Position numbers and translations under genes: made by a program
IMG/VR virus record: IMGVR_UViG_3300030061_001589
Source of the DNA: an uncultured virus (IMG/VR IMGVR_UViG_3300030061_001589)
Lineage: Duplodnaviria > Heunggongvirae > Uroviricota > Caudoviricetes
Direction: 5' to 3' (one strand)
DNA length: 64,000 nucleotides
The notes under the pieces: model-generated
What the model was told of the DNA's origin: nothing
What the model saw: only the letters and a program-made list of their open reading frames with translations
Database searches by the model: none
In this document: positions 1-8,433 of the stretch, piece after piece
Layout of the letters: the number at the start of each line of letters is the position of its first letter
Numbering within the stretch: the stretch's first letter is position 1

Positions 1-99
1 CAACATCATTCAAACAGCGAAGAGAAAAGAGAGCAGGCAAAGTGTTTACCTTAATCTTTAGAGAGAGGGCATCTATGAATTAAGGCTGCCTACAAAAAT

Positions 100-120
100 C
101 CCCCCCTCTTTAGAGGGGGG
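100..120. terminator. GC-rich hairpin, possible terminator
   Basis: CCCCCCTCT-TT-AGAGGGGGG inverted repeat. Confidence 0.4.
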
Positions 121-349
121 TCTATTCTTTATGAGGTTAAGTTTTGTAGGCACTCTTGACTACCTTTCTTAAATGAGTGTACTTATCTAACATTTTTTTA
201 GATTTTTTTATCTAACGCTGCCTACAAAACATCGGGTTGTGTGGGTGTTGTTTTGTAGTCATCTTTAGCAAAGTCTAGGTCTGCCTACAAAATTAAAAAA
301 CAAAACTAAAAACTGACTACAAAACTGACTACAAAACAATAAAATAATT

Positions 350-370
350 AAACAATAAGTATATATACCG
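350..370 (+). promoter_or_regulatory. Archaeal-type TATA promoter, class A
   Basis: AAACAATAAGTATATATACCG, identical at 885-905; ATG about 30 nt after the TATA (leaderless geometry). Confidence 0.8.
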
Positions 371-389
371 TACCCGTCTATGAGTTAAT

Positions 390-611
390 ATGGAGATAGC
401 CGCCGAGCCGATACCCACGCATAACGATGATATGAACAACCACATGAATGTAATGATTCAAGTAGATTGGAATGATGGAGTGAAAGATTGGAGAGCCAAT
501 TTTACACATTATAGTCAGTACAAAATGTTTAAGAGAAATCTTAAAGAATCAAGAATGAGAAATCTTACGGGATTCCCATATATCAAAAACATTCAGTCAG
601 TATATTATTAA
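390..611 (+). CDS. Hypothetical early protein
   Basis: ORF between a class A promoter and a conserved 3' element. Confidence 0.65.
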   Translation: MEIAAEPIPTHNDDMNNHMNVMIQVDWNDGVKDWRANFTHYSQYKMFKRNLKESRMRNLTGFPYIKNIQSVYY

Positions 612-618
612 AACTGAA

Positions 619-690
619 AAAATAACAACGAAAGCCCAAGTCCTCGACACACGCATTTATTCGGGCATTGTGTGTCGGGGCATTTTTTTT
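619..690 (+). terminator. Conserved 3' element: 22-nt box, hairpin, T tract (copy 1)
   Basis: AAAATAACAACGAAAGCCCAAG, then CCTCGACACAC...GTGTGTCGGGG, then T8. Confidence 0.75.
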
Positions 691-884
691 CTTACCACTT
701 AGTTTTGTAGGCACCTTTACACTTGTCTAAGTCTGACTACAAAACATATTAGCAATTTTGTAGGCATCCCTATTTATTTGCGAATAGGTGGGGCGTGAGG
801 CACTTTTTTTGTGGTGCCTACAAAATATATTTGTAGGCTTCTTTATTTTTTATTTTGACTGACTACAAAACATTACACCAACAA

Positions 885-905
885 AAACAATAAGTATATA
901 TACCG
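885..905 (+). promoter_or_regulatory. Class A TATA promoter
   Basis: 21-nt exact repeat of 350-370; ATG at 924. Confidence 0.8.
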
Positions 906-923
906 GCATACAGTCCTAGGTAT

Positions 924-1274
924 ATGGTACGACAAATACTAGACGGTACTTATTACCGTAATGGAATGATGGCGACTCCTACGCATGGTTATGCAGTAGG
1001 TTTAGAAAAGGGAGATGCTTTCGCAACTCATAGTGAAAAACATACATTATTTATGTTTTTGGCTGTTCTCGAAAAATACCCCACAGCAAATTATGTTGGA
1101 GTTTGGACAGAAAAATTAGGAATGTCAAAAAATAATCCTAATGGTTCAAAAATTGTTTTCGACCCAATAGCAATTTACTCAAACATCGAGGTTGCTCTAA
1201 GAGTAGCAAAAAGAAACAATCAAAAAGCAATATGGGATTTTTCGACAGGTAGCGAAATCCCAATTCTTAGATAA
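924..1274 (+). CDS. Early protein of a widespread phage family (GxW...QxAIWD), possibly SAM-lyase-like fold
   Basis: YVGVW and ALRVAKRNNQKAIWDF motifs; function inferred. Confidence 0.6.
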   Translation: MVRQILDGTYYRNGMMATPTHGYAVGLEKGDAFATHSEKHTLFMFLAVLEKYPTANYVGVWTEKLGMSKNNPNGSKIVFDPIAIYSNIEVALRVAKRNNQKAIWDFSTGSEIPILR

Positions 1275-1276
1275 AT

Positions 1277-1338
1277 AAAATAACAACGAAAGCCCAAGAC
1301 CTCGCACCTTTTATTCGTGGGTGCGGGGCAATTTTTTT
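1277..1338 (+). terminator. Conserved 3' element (copy 2)
   Basis: Same 22-nt box, CCTCGCACC...GGTGCGGGG hairpin, T7. Confidence 0.75.
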
Positions 1339-1662
1339 ATGCTCTTACGCTGCCTACAAAACATTTTGTAGGCCGTCTTTTTTACCCACCTTTAGGTGGG
1401 GTTTTTTGTTTGTGTTTTGTGCTGCCTACAAAACATTGAACAGCCGAAATATTTTAGGTGTTTCGCACAACCTTCCGTCTATGTTTGACTATATAAACCT
1501 GCCGGTAGGCGTTTTGTAGTCAGTCTTAGCACTTTTTAGCGTTGCCTACAAAACAGGTTTATTTTTGTTATCTAGTGTTTTTTTTACACTTAGTTTACTT
1601 TTTACACTTAATGCAGATTTTTCACCACTTTTGCTGCCTACAAAACATTGAGGTATTTATAT

Positions 1663-1678
1663 AGTTAAGTATATATAC
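1663..1678 (+). promoter_or_regulatory. Class A-like TATA promoter with no convincing downstream ORF
   Basis: AGTTAAGTATATATAC, identical at 2119-2134. Confidence 0.55.
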
Positions 1679-2118
1679 CCCCATCTCATCTCGTATGGAC
1701 AAAATGATATATGCGATTTTCGCCTACAAAACATTTTGTAGGCACTTCAAATTGTGTCTGTCAAGACCCACCTAGTCGGAGATTATTTTTGCTGCCTACA
1801 AAACAAAAAAAACGCTGTACTGCGGCGGTGTAGATTCTACACCAACCCAAAAATGCCTACAAAACTACTGCCTACAAAACAATTTAGGTGTTGTGAATGT
1901 AAGTTAGTGTTAAAAAATCATCAAGTGTAATATATGCACTAAGTAATGTTTTGTAGGCGGTCTTACTAGAATATAACGCTGACTACAAAACTTTTATAAC
2001 AAATAAAAATATTTTCTTTTTTCTCAAAAATAATAATTCGGTATGTACGGCTACAAAACATTCAATATCTCAAAAAAACCACTAAAAAGCCGCCTACAAA
2101 ACCAATGATGCAGGAGTG

Positions 2119-2134
2119 AGTTAAGTATATATAC
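2119..2134 (+). promoter_or_regulatory. Class A-like TATA promoter
   Basis: AGTTAAGTATATATAC; ATG at 2156. Confidence 0.7.
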
Positions 2135-2155
2135 TATGACAATATATTAAAAAAT

Positions 2156-2737
2156 ATGACAAACAGAAAACCATGCAGATACAAAGCCTGTAAAGGTGTA
2201 ATTCATGCCGAAGGCGAAAAATGCCCTGTCGCTTCTAGTAGAGGTAAAAAAGGCGGGTCAGGTAAAAAATCCGAATCATGGATTCAAAATAGAATCGGTT
2301 CAAAAAATCCTAATTTCAAAGGTACTAGAAAATGCGGCTGTCCAATTCGACAGCATTTACCAACTTGTTCTCAATCGAGAATGTCAAAAATCAAAATCAA
2401 TGCAATCAATAATCACGATTTCAATAATTATAATCCTCTTTCAAAAACGGAATATATTTTCGATGCTATGCAGGATAAAATAAAAATTGTTAAAATTGCC
2501 CGAAAAGAAAATATTCCACTCAAAAGAACCGTAGCAAATTGGGAATTAGAAAATGCGGTAAAAGTAAAATCAGTACCACATTTTCAATTCTTAAAATATG
2601 ATGGAGTTTGTTCATCATGTCAAAAAATCAGTCCTGTAATATCGGCTTCAAAAATCCATGCCGAAGATATAAAATATAAATTACCCGAAGAACATTTTTT
2701 CAAAGCGAGGATTATTTGCGAAAAGTGCAACGCTTAA
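2156..2737 (+). CDS. Basic Cys/His-rich (zinc-binding) protein
   Basis: CRYKAC..H..C, CGC..H..C, CSSC and CEKC clusters; Lys-rich. Confidence 0.7.
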   Translation: MTNRKPCRYKACKGVIHAEGEKCPVASSRGKKGGSGKKSESWIQNRIGSKNPNFKGTRKCGCPIRQHLPTCSQSRMSKIKINAINNHDFNNYNPLSKTEYIFDAMQDKIKIVKIARKENIPLKRTVANWELENAVKVKSVPHFQFLKYDGVCSSCQKISPVISASKIHAEDIKYKLPEEHFFKARIICEKCNA

Positions 2738-2784
2738 GAATCAGAATCGAGGGTATTAAATAAGATGAAATAGGAGTTAAAAAT

Positions 2785-3021
2785 ATGACGACAAGAACGG
2801 ATTACAACGGATGGACTAATAGAGAAACATGGTTAATTAATTTACATTATGAACCTAAAAATGAACAGACTTTAGATTGGATTAAAGATGAGTTAGAAAT
2901 TATCCTTGAAAGAATCGGCGATTTACCTTACGGCCGTTTTTTCAATGATTTCATAGATTTAGATAAAATTAATTGGTATGAATTAAAAAACCACGTTCGA
3001 GAAAATTACGAGGAAGAGTAA
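2785..3021 (+). CDS. Conserved phage protein, YNGWxNxETW family
   Basis: N-terminal YNGWTNRETW and C-terminal INWYEL motifs. Confidence 0.75.
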   Translation: MTTRTDYNGWTNRETWLINLHYEPKNEQTLDWIKDELEIILERIGDLPYGRFFNDFIDLDKINWYELKNHVRENYEEE

Positions 3022-3093
3022 GACGCTTAAGAATCACAAACGAGTATATTAAATAAGATAAAGAATAAGAATAAATTGTAGGAGAAACAGAAT

Positions 3094-3165
3094 ATGACAA
3101 CCGAAGAATTACAGCAAATGATTGACGACACGAAAGCAGGTAAATTATATTGGGGGCGAAAATAA
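3094..3165 (+). CDS. Micro-ORF, 23 aa (not in ORF track)
   Basis: GGAG RBS downstream of class B promoter 3023; abuts next ATG. Confidence 0.45.
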   Translation: MTTEELQQMIDDTKAGKLYWGRK

Positions 3166-3288
3166 ATGGCTAAAGATTTACGCCCAACATTACAGAATCG
3201 AAAAGATTTGAGAGAATCAAATCCTGCCTTGACCCTTTGGGCTAGGCAAATGATTGACGAATTAGGATTGAATGCAAATCAATTCTAA
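3166..3288 (+). CDS. Small ORF, 40 aa, MAKDLRPT... (not in ORF track)
   Basis: ATG directly after upstream TAA. Confidence 0.5.
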   Translation: MAKDLRPTLQNRKDLRESNPALTLWARQMIDELGLNANQF

Positions 3289-3476
3289 AATCCCACTCCC
3301 GCCCCTTGAGCGTTGATTAGGGGATGCATCCTAAGTATGATGTGAGATTGCGAATAACCTATTGACGAGTAGGCGAAAACTTTCGGAAACTGCTTTTACA
3401 TTTAACGAAAAAGAAAAATATGCCTTCCGGCATTAGGTTCGGAAGAGGACTTATTTTTAAGGTCAAAATACCTTTC

Positions 3477-3512
3477 GGGGTGCATCCATTTCGGGTGCAT
3501 CCCACTTTTTTT
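3477..3512 (+). terminator. Hairpin plus T tract
   Basis: GGGGTGCATCC-ATTTC-GGGTGCATCCC (two G-U pairs) followed by T7. Confidence 0.65.
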
Positions 3513-3719
3513 ATTTTTAAGATAAAGTTTTGTAGGCACTCTTAGATAAGTGTAAGACCGACTACAAAACATTTTTGCGTAGTTTATAAGCAGTTAAAAT
3601 CATTAAAGATGCCTACAAAACATAATGAAATCCGAAAAATAAAACTGCCTACAAAACTAAAAATGACGCTTAAGACTCACAAACGACAGGGTTAAATACT
3701 AGCACATATAGTTTAGTTT

Positions 3720-3935
3720 ATGAGCAAGAAAAGCCAACAACTAGAAGAAGCAGAAATCACATTAGGTGAAATTGACAAAGCATATAAGGTATATGAAAAT
3801 AGTAGAGATTTATTTCAAGAGGAATTACTTTCACTTCAAAAGAAATTAACTTTGGGTCAAGTAATTAGTCTGTATAGTATATTAAGAGAAGAATTATCAG
3901 TAGTAGAATACGACTTTGGTTTGCATGACGCTTAA
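3720..3935 (+). CDS. Hypothetical helical protein
   Basis: Starts 54 nt after class B motif 3666. Confidence 0.7.
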   Translation: MSKKSQQLEEAEITLGEIDKAYKVYENSRDLFQEELLSLQKKLTLGQVISLYSILREELSVVEYDFGLHDA

Positions 3936-3982
3936 GAATCAAGAAGAGTAGATTTAAGTAAAAAGAAAAAGGAGAGAGATAT

Positions 3983-4270
3983 ATGACAAAGAGAATGGTT
4001 AAAAGGAATACAAAAACACCAATAGAAGCATTAGAGGATTCGGATATTGACTTTACAGTCAATACTCATAAAAATGCTACGATGAAAAATGTAGTAGTTT
4101 GGAAATACGATGCGAATAATAAAAAGCCTAATTATGCTAAAGATAAGTATAATGAATCTGAAAGAAAGATAGAAGAAAGACGCTTAAGAAGCGAGAAGGA
4201 AGCACTTATAACTAATGAGAAATTAGTTAGTTTTGTGGGAGAAGTACCTACACCAACAGAAGAGGAATAA
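3983..4270 (+). CDS. Hypothetical protein
   Basis: Starts 55 nt after class B motif 3928. Confidence 0.7.
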   Translation: MTKRMVKRNTKTPIEALEDSDIDFTVNTHKNATMKNVVVWKYDANNKKPNYAKDKYNESERKIEERRLRSEKEALITNEKLVSFVGEVPTPTEEE

Positions 4271-4290
4271 AAAAAAGGAGTGAAAAAAAA

Positions 4291-5280
4291 ATGAGTATGA
4301 GAAATATGTTAGGGGCTTATGCCCGATTTGGAAAAGAAGCACAAGGAACGACTGTGAAAGAGGTATTGAAGAATGCAAATGCCGATTTCAATATAGGTAT
4401 GGAATCTATCTATACTAAAGGTGGTAAGGTTATACCGAACCAATTTAGGACATTTAGAGAAGATACCGATGAAACTTTTGGTGTTGTAAAAGGCACATAC
4501 AAAGTTATGCAGAATGAAAGACTGTTAGACATATCTGACGATTTAGTAGAGAGAGAAAAAGTAATTTGGGATAGGATTGGACTTGTAGATAACGGTAGAC
4601 AAATCGTAGCATCTTTTAAGATGCCGGAAGGGTTCTCTATCGGTGGAATGGATTCAGTAGAGCAGTACATAATGCTGATGAACACAAATGACGGTTCGGG
4701 CGGCATCCGTATTTTACCCTCAAATGTAAGAATTGCTTGCAGTAATCAATTTACATATATGCAAAGTCTGTTAAATAAAATGGGTATCAATAAAAATGCT
4801 CTAACTATCAGACATTCAGCACGTCAAGAGGATAGGATTGCACAATTGGTAGAGGCTCTAAAAATTGTAGACCATCTCAATCAGACATTTATGGAAACAG
4901 CGACAGAATTAATTCAAGTGCAAATGTCTCAAGATGAGAGAATTAATTTCTACATAGATACTTTAGGGCTAAAACAAAATGAAGATATGATGAAGGGCGG
5001 CAAAGATTATGATGCTAACAACCCTTACGGATTAGGTACTAGAGGCCAAAATACTCTAACCACTTTGTTAGAGTTAGAAACATCAGATACGAATACTATC
5101 AACGGAATGGGCGGCTCGGCTTGGGGCTGTTTTAATACAGCAACGGAATATATAGACCACGCATGGAGTCATACCAAAGATGGAAAGTCAAGCGATAGCA
5201 AAGTAGAATCAGCAATCGTAGGTGCGGGTGCAAGAATGAAGTCAAAAGCATGGGAAACCATCACGGAGATGTACGCTTAG
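4291..5280 (+). CDS. DUF932/DUF945-family phage/plasmid protein
   Basis: GVVKGTYKVMQN, LMNTNDGSGG, RIACSNQ, IRHS and GSAWGCFNTATEY motifs. Confidence 0.85.
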   Translation: MSMRNMLGAYARFGKEAQGTTVKEVLKNANADFNIGMESIYTKGGKVIPNQFRTFREDTDETFGVVKGTYKVMQNERLLDISDDLVEREKVIWDRIGLVDNGRQIVASFKMPEGFSIGGMDSVEQYIMLMNTNDGSGGIRILPSNVRIACSNQFTYMQSLLNKMGINKNALTIRHSARQEDRIAQLVEALKIVDHLNQTFMETATELIQVQMSQDERINFYIDTLGLKQNEDMMKGGKDYDANNPYGLGTRGQNTLTTLLELETSDTNTINGMGGSAWGCFNTATEYIDHAWSHTKDGKSSDSKVESAIVGAGARMKSKAWETITEMYA

Positions 5281-5293
5281 AATTATCTTAAAA

Positions 5294-5324
5294 GTAAGTA
5301 GGGGGGTAGTACCCTCTACTTACT
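5294..5324 (+). terminator. Hairpin after the DUF932-like gene
   Basis: GTAAGTAG-GGGGGT...ACCCT-CTACTTAC inverted repeat. Confidence 0.5.
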
Positions 5325-5401
5325 CCTAAGACTGACTACAAAAATGACGCTTAGGAATCACAAACGGTATAGTTAAATAGAATGAAAAAGGAGTGAGATA
5401 T

Positions 5402-5815
5402 ATGACAAGAAGTAGACGAGGCAGACACGGAGAAATATGCGAGAGACAAAACGGAAGTATAATGATGACTGTAAGACCGACACCATCGGTTTTATATGAT
5501 ACAGATATAGCCATGATGATAGGTTATATTTGTGATGTAGGTAGGCCGAGTTATTATAGTGAAGAAGTTATATCCAAATCTGATGCTAAACAGGCAATAC
5601 ACGATTGGGAATATAATACCGGCCCTATTACACCTTTGACAAAGAAAATGGTTATGGGTTATCTACAAAGTAATTATTATTTAGCACAAATTGAAGAACG
5701 TACTGATACGCTTGATACCTATGATGAAGATTGTGGAGTATGTCAAGCATTATTAGAAAGGGTTCATCAGATATTCCCTTCTTTTGTCGTAAAAGAAACC
5801 GAGGTGATTGCGTGA
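5402..5815 (+). CDS. Hypothetical protein
   Basis: Start moved to ATG 5402, 55 nt after class B motif 5347. Confidence 0.7.
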   Translation: MTRSRRGRHGEICERQNGSIMMTVRPTPSVLYDTDIAMMIGYICDVGRPSYYSEEVISKSDAKQAIHDWEYNTGPITPLTKKMVMGYLQSNYYLAQIEERTDTLDTYDEDCGVCQALLERVHQIFPSFVVKETEVIA

Positions 5816-6042
5816 GTTTAACATTAGATGATATAATCAGTTTTATATTCGTACGGAATGAAAAAGAAAGAGATGATGCTAACAATCCTTACGGTAATTT
5901 TGATTGGATGAAATATCCTATTACAGTCGCTTTCAAAGATAGAGATGGATTAACCGTTGTATCAGATATTACAAGTATTTGCTTTAACGGTAAAAGTATT
6001 CAACTGAATGAAGAAGAGTTTGACAAAGAGGTGATTGCATAA
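5812..6042 (+). CDS. Hypothetical protein
   Basis: GAGGTGA RBS; GTGA start/stop overlap. Confidence 0.65.
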   Translation: MSLTLDDIISFIFVRNEKERDDANNPYGNFDWMKYPITVAFKDRDGLTVVSDITSICFNGKSIQLNEEEFDKEVIA

Positions 6043-6383
6043 TGGCTAATCTAAATATTATTACAAATCAAGTTTATAATTGGATAAACGAATCTAATAC
6101 AGATTTTAATTTACATTTCGGAGAAAACAAACTTTACTTAAGCGTAGAATGGATTGACGGTAAATCGCTTTTTATAGAAGATTATTTTTATTTTATGAAT
6201 GAATTGATTGCTGCTTATTGTGATTTAGATAGAGATACTGATGAGGTAAAAGTAATTTGGTTTAACAGAATATTCGGAATCAATAGTGAGTATCATGGAA
6301 TCGCTGATGGTAGATGGGCTGATGACGCTTTAGAATCACAAACAGCAGACTTAAATAAGATGGAGAAGGAGAGAGATATATGA
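6042..6383 (+). CDS. Hypothetical acidic protein
   Basis: GAGGTGA RBS; TAATG coupling. Confidence 0.7.
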   Translation: MANLNIITNQVYNWINESNTDFNLHFGENKLYLSVEWIDGKSLFIEDYFYFMNELIAAYCDLDRDTDEVKVIWFNRIFGINSEYHGIADGRWADDALESQTADLNKMEKERDI

Positions 6384-6607
6384 GTAAAAGAGAAGAAGAG
6401 ATGGTAGACTTAGCCCTAAGTGAATTAGAAAATGCTATGGATGCACTACATAAAATAAATAGAGAAACAGATATAGTAGACGATGTTGAATACAATAAAA
6501 TAAATAGAGCAGTATGGGATGTAGAGCAAATACTAAAAGATTGGCAGGATGTAAATGTAAGTACCCAAAATAATTTAGAAGAATGGAATCAAGGATTTAG
6601 GAGATGA
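6380..6607 (+). CDS. Small acidic helical protein with PIP-box-like tail
   Basis: Starts 55 nt after class B motif 6325; QNNLEEW near the C-terminus. Confidence 0.7.
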   Translation: MSKREEEMVDLALSELENAMDALHKINRETDIVDDVEYNKINRAVWDVEQILKDWQDVNVSTQNNLEEWNQGFRR

Positions 6608-6873
6608 ATAAAATGAATAGCATAAGTATGAATGGACACGGCATAAAAGAAATAAAAATATTGAGAGGCGAAGGTGATATTAAGCATTTGCTTAGAATTG
6701 TCATCGTTGATAAAAATGATGAATCTACTGATATTAATTTATTCGGTATGCGAGATAACGAAACAAGAAAAGATATTACAATACCCGTAAAAGTAGATTC
6801 TAGGACTTTAGATACTGTGTCCTTTGATTGTGAGTTTAATTTTCTAGGTGATGAAATAGAGGAAGAGGAATAA
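6604..6873 (+). CDS. Hypothetical protein
   Basis: Coupled ORF with GGAG RBS. Confidence 0.65.
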   Translation: MNKMNSISMNGHGIKEIKILRGEGDIKHLLRIVIVDKNDESTDINLFGMRDNETRKDITIPVKVDSRTLDTVSFDCEFNFLGDEIEEEE

Positions 6874-6875
6874 AT

Positions 6876-7181
6876 ATGAACGACCATCTTAATTTACACA
6901 AGTATGATGACGAGATAGAGACATTATATGGTGAACACGACTTTAACCCCAATATTTCTTTCGCTAAGAATTACGCTAAAAATAATATTTGGGCTGCTTT
7001 TTATTCAGCAGCGAGAGAGGTAGGTATGCCCGAAGATATGGCTAAACAATTTATTGATTCAAAGTGGTTTAGACACAATGAAGAAGAAATATACCAACAA
7101 CTTACAGCGACATTATTTACAATGCTTTGGTCCAATAGACTTAGACTAGAGCCTTACATTGATAGAGGGGATGTAGAATGA
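6876..7181 (+). CDS. Hypothetical protein
   Basis: Coupled ORF with GAGG RBS. Confidence 0.65.
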   Translation: MNDHLNLHKYDDEIETLYGEHDFNPNISFAKNYAKNNIWAAFYSAAREVGMPEDMAKQFIDSKWFRHNEEEIYQQLTATLFTMLWSNRLRLEPYIDRGDVE

Positions 7182-7293
7182 TTAGAGATAGTTTTAAGGA
7201 AATACTAAAAGATGAATTGATGGTGTTAGTTATGACGCAAGTTATTTTTGGGGTAATATCATTAGGTATCTTAATTACTGCGGTTGTGATGTT

Positions 7294-7878
7294 ATGAATA
7301 TACCAAAATACTACGACTACAAATACTACGTGGGCGACCCTTGCTATGTCATAGATGATAGTAGATGGGGTGAGTTTTGTGATTTGTTGTGGTTTTGTCA
7401 AGCAGAAAATAAAAAAGATTACGGACATGAATATCCTGTACATCTTAAATGGGTTGTTGATGATATTTCTTATACCATAGAAGTATGGGATAGCCCAAAC
7501 GGAGATGGTGTTTGGAACTTTAGTAATACCGTAAAAGAAATGCGTGGTTGGATTGCAGGTACAGAAATGGGTGTTGATGCAGGTTTATTGGCTATCGTAC
7601 CCTATGGTGCTATTTCTAATAACAGCACTTGTTCAGATAAAGATAGTATAAAAGAAATATCAAATCTAGGTATTATTTTTACCGAAGAACCAATCTTAGA
7701 AACAGGTATGCACGTAGTAGGTGAAGTAAGACTAAACGACAGGGATGAAAATAATGTATGTTATTGTTTTAATTGTGGTGATGAAATACAAGAACATGAT
7801 GTAATAGATTGTGAAAACTATAATTGTATGGGATGTCATATGTGTTTTGAATGTGAATGTGAGGATGAGGAAGAATGA
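7294..7878 (+). CDS. Conserved phage protein (GDPCY...VDAG family) with Cys-rich C-terminal zinc module
   Basis: YYVGDPCYVI, GVDAGLLAIVP; CFNC...C..C..CHMC tail. Confidence 0.7.
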   Translation: MNIPKYYDYKYYVGDPCYVIDDSRWGEFCDLLWFCQAENKKDYGHEYPVHLKWVVDDISYTIEVWDSPNGDGVWNFSNTVKEMRGWIAGTEMGVDAGLLAIVPYGAISNNSTCSDKDSIKEISNLGIIFTEEPILETGMHVVGEVRLNDRDENNVCYCFNCGDEIQEHDVIDCENYNCMGCHMCFECECEDEEE

Positions 7879-8267
7879 GTAGTAGGCGACCTAGAAAAAT
7901 CATGGCTGATTTCTGTTATAGATATATTAGAGATAACGGAAAACAAAATGCTGCTTCATTACTTGAAGCATACGAAAAAGCAGATTTAAGTAAAAAGAAA
8001 ATCGGTCTTTGTAGTCATCGTGAATTAGCAGGTTTATTATCTAAGGATAGACTTTTCTTTAGGGTAAAAGAAGATTGGGAAATAGTTAATGGAAATAGGG
8101 TTTACAAATATGATATTAAAGATGTGCATGAGGTAGCAAGAAAATTGGCTTCTCTAAAACACTTGCGAGCGACACCTGCTCAAATGCCTAAGATTCTTAG
8201 AGATGCCTACAATGACGCTTTAGAAGCACAATCAACACGCTTAAATAAGATGAAGGAGAGGGTATAA
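7875..8267 (+). CDS. Putative winged-helix DNA-binding protein
   Basis: ELAGLLSKDRLF...VYKY pattern; resembles 14217-14636. Confidence 0.55.
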   Translation: MSSRRPRKIMADFCYRYIRDNGKQNAASLLEAYEKADLSKKKIGLCSHRELAGLLSKDRLFFRVKEDWEIVNGNRVYKYDIKDVHEVARKLASLKHLRATPAQMPKILRDAYNDALEAQSTRLNKMKERV

Positions 8268-8268
8268 T

Positions 8269-8433
8269 ATGAGTAAAAAGACGATGCAAGTAAATATGAG
8301 AGTGTTAGAATGGACATGGTGTGATGGAGATGATGAGTGCTATGTCGTACTAGAATATAGTGATGGTATTCAAACAAAGCCTATTATTTATAGAGGAATT
8401 GTAGAGATAGATGATGTGAGGGATTTACTATGA
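8269..8433 (+). CDS. Small protein, 54 aa (not in ORF track)
   Basis: ATG 54 nt after class B motif 8215; ATGA overlap with next gene. Confidence 0.7.
   Translation: MSKKTMQVNMRVLEWTWCDGDDECYVVLEYSDGIQTKPIIYRGIVEIDDVRDLL

Larger units (their letters stand above)
81..5344. repeat. Dispersed repeat family G(A/C)CTACAAAA(C) / (G)TTTTGTAG(G/T)C, about 30 copies, all intergenic
   Basis: Copies read directly near 88, 141, 220, 250, 283, 315, 327, 702, 735, 756, 816, 830, 861, 1352, 1364, 1424, 1511, 1544, 1636, 1722, 1734, 1794, 1855, 1870, 1948, 1981, 2050, 2092, 3527, 3560, 3611, 3647 and 5334; both orientations. Confidence 0.95.

Noticed and set aside
1..83. 3' end of an upstream + strand gene
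   Set aside because: A frame is open from 3 to 83 but is too short to support a call.
81..2102. CRISPR or mini-CRISPR array
   Set aside because: Repeats are only 10-18 bp, occur in both orientations and are irregularly spaced.
3362..3392. Hammerhead ribozyme core (TTGACGA-GTAGGC-GAAA)
   Set aside because: First core base is not C and I could not form stems I and III with a UH cleavage site.
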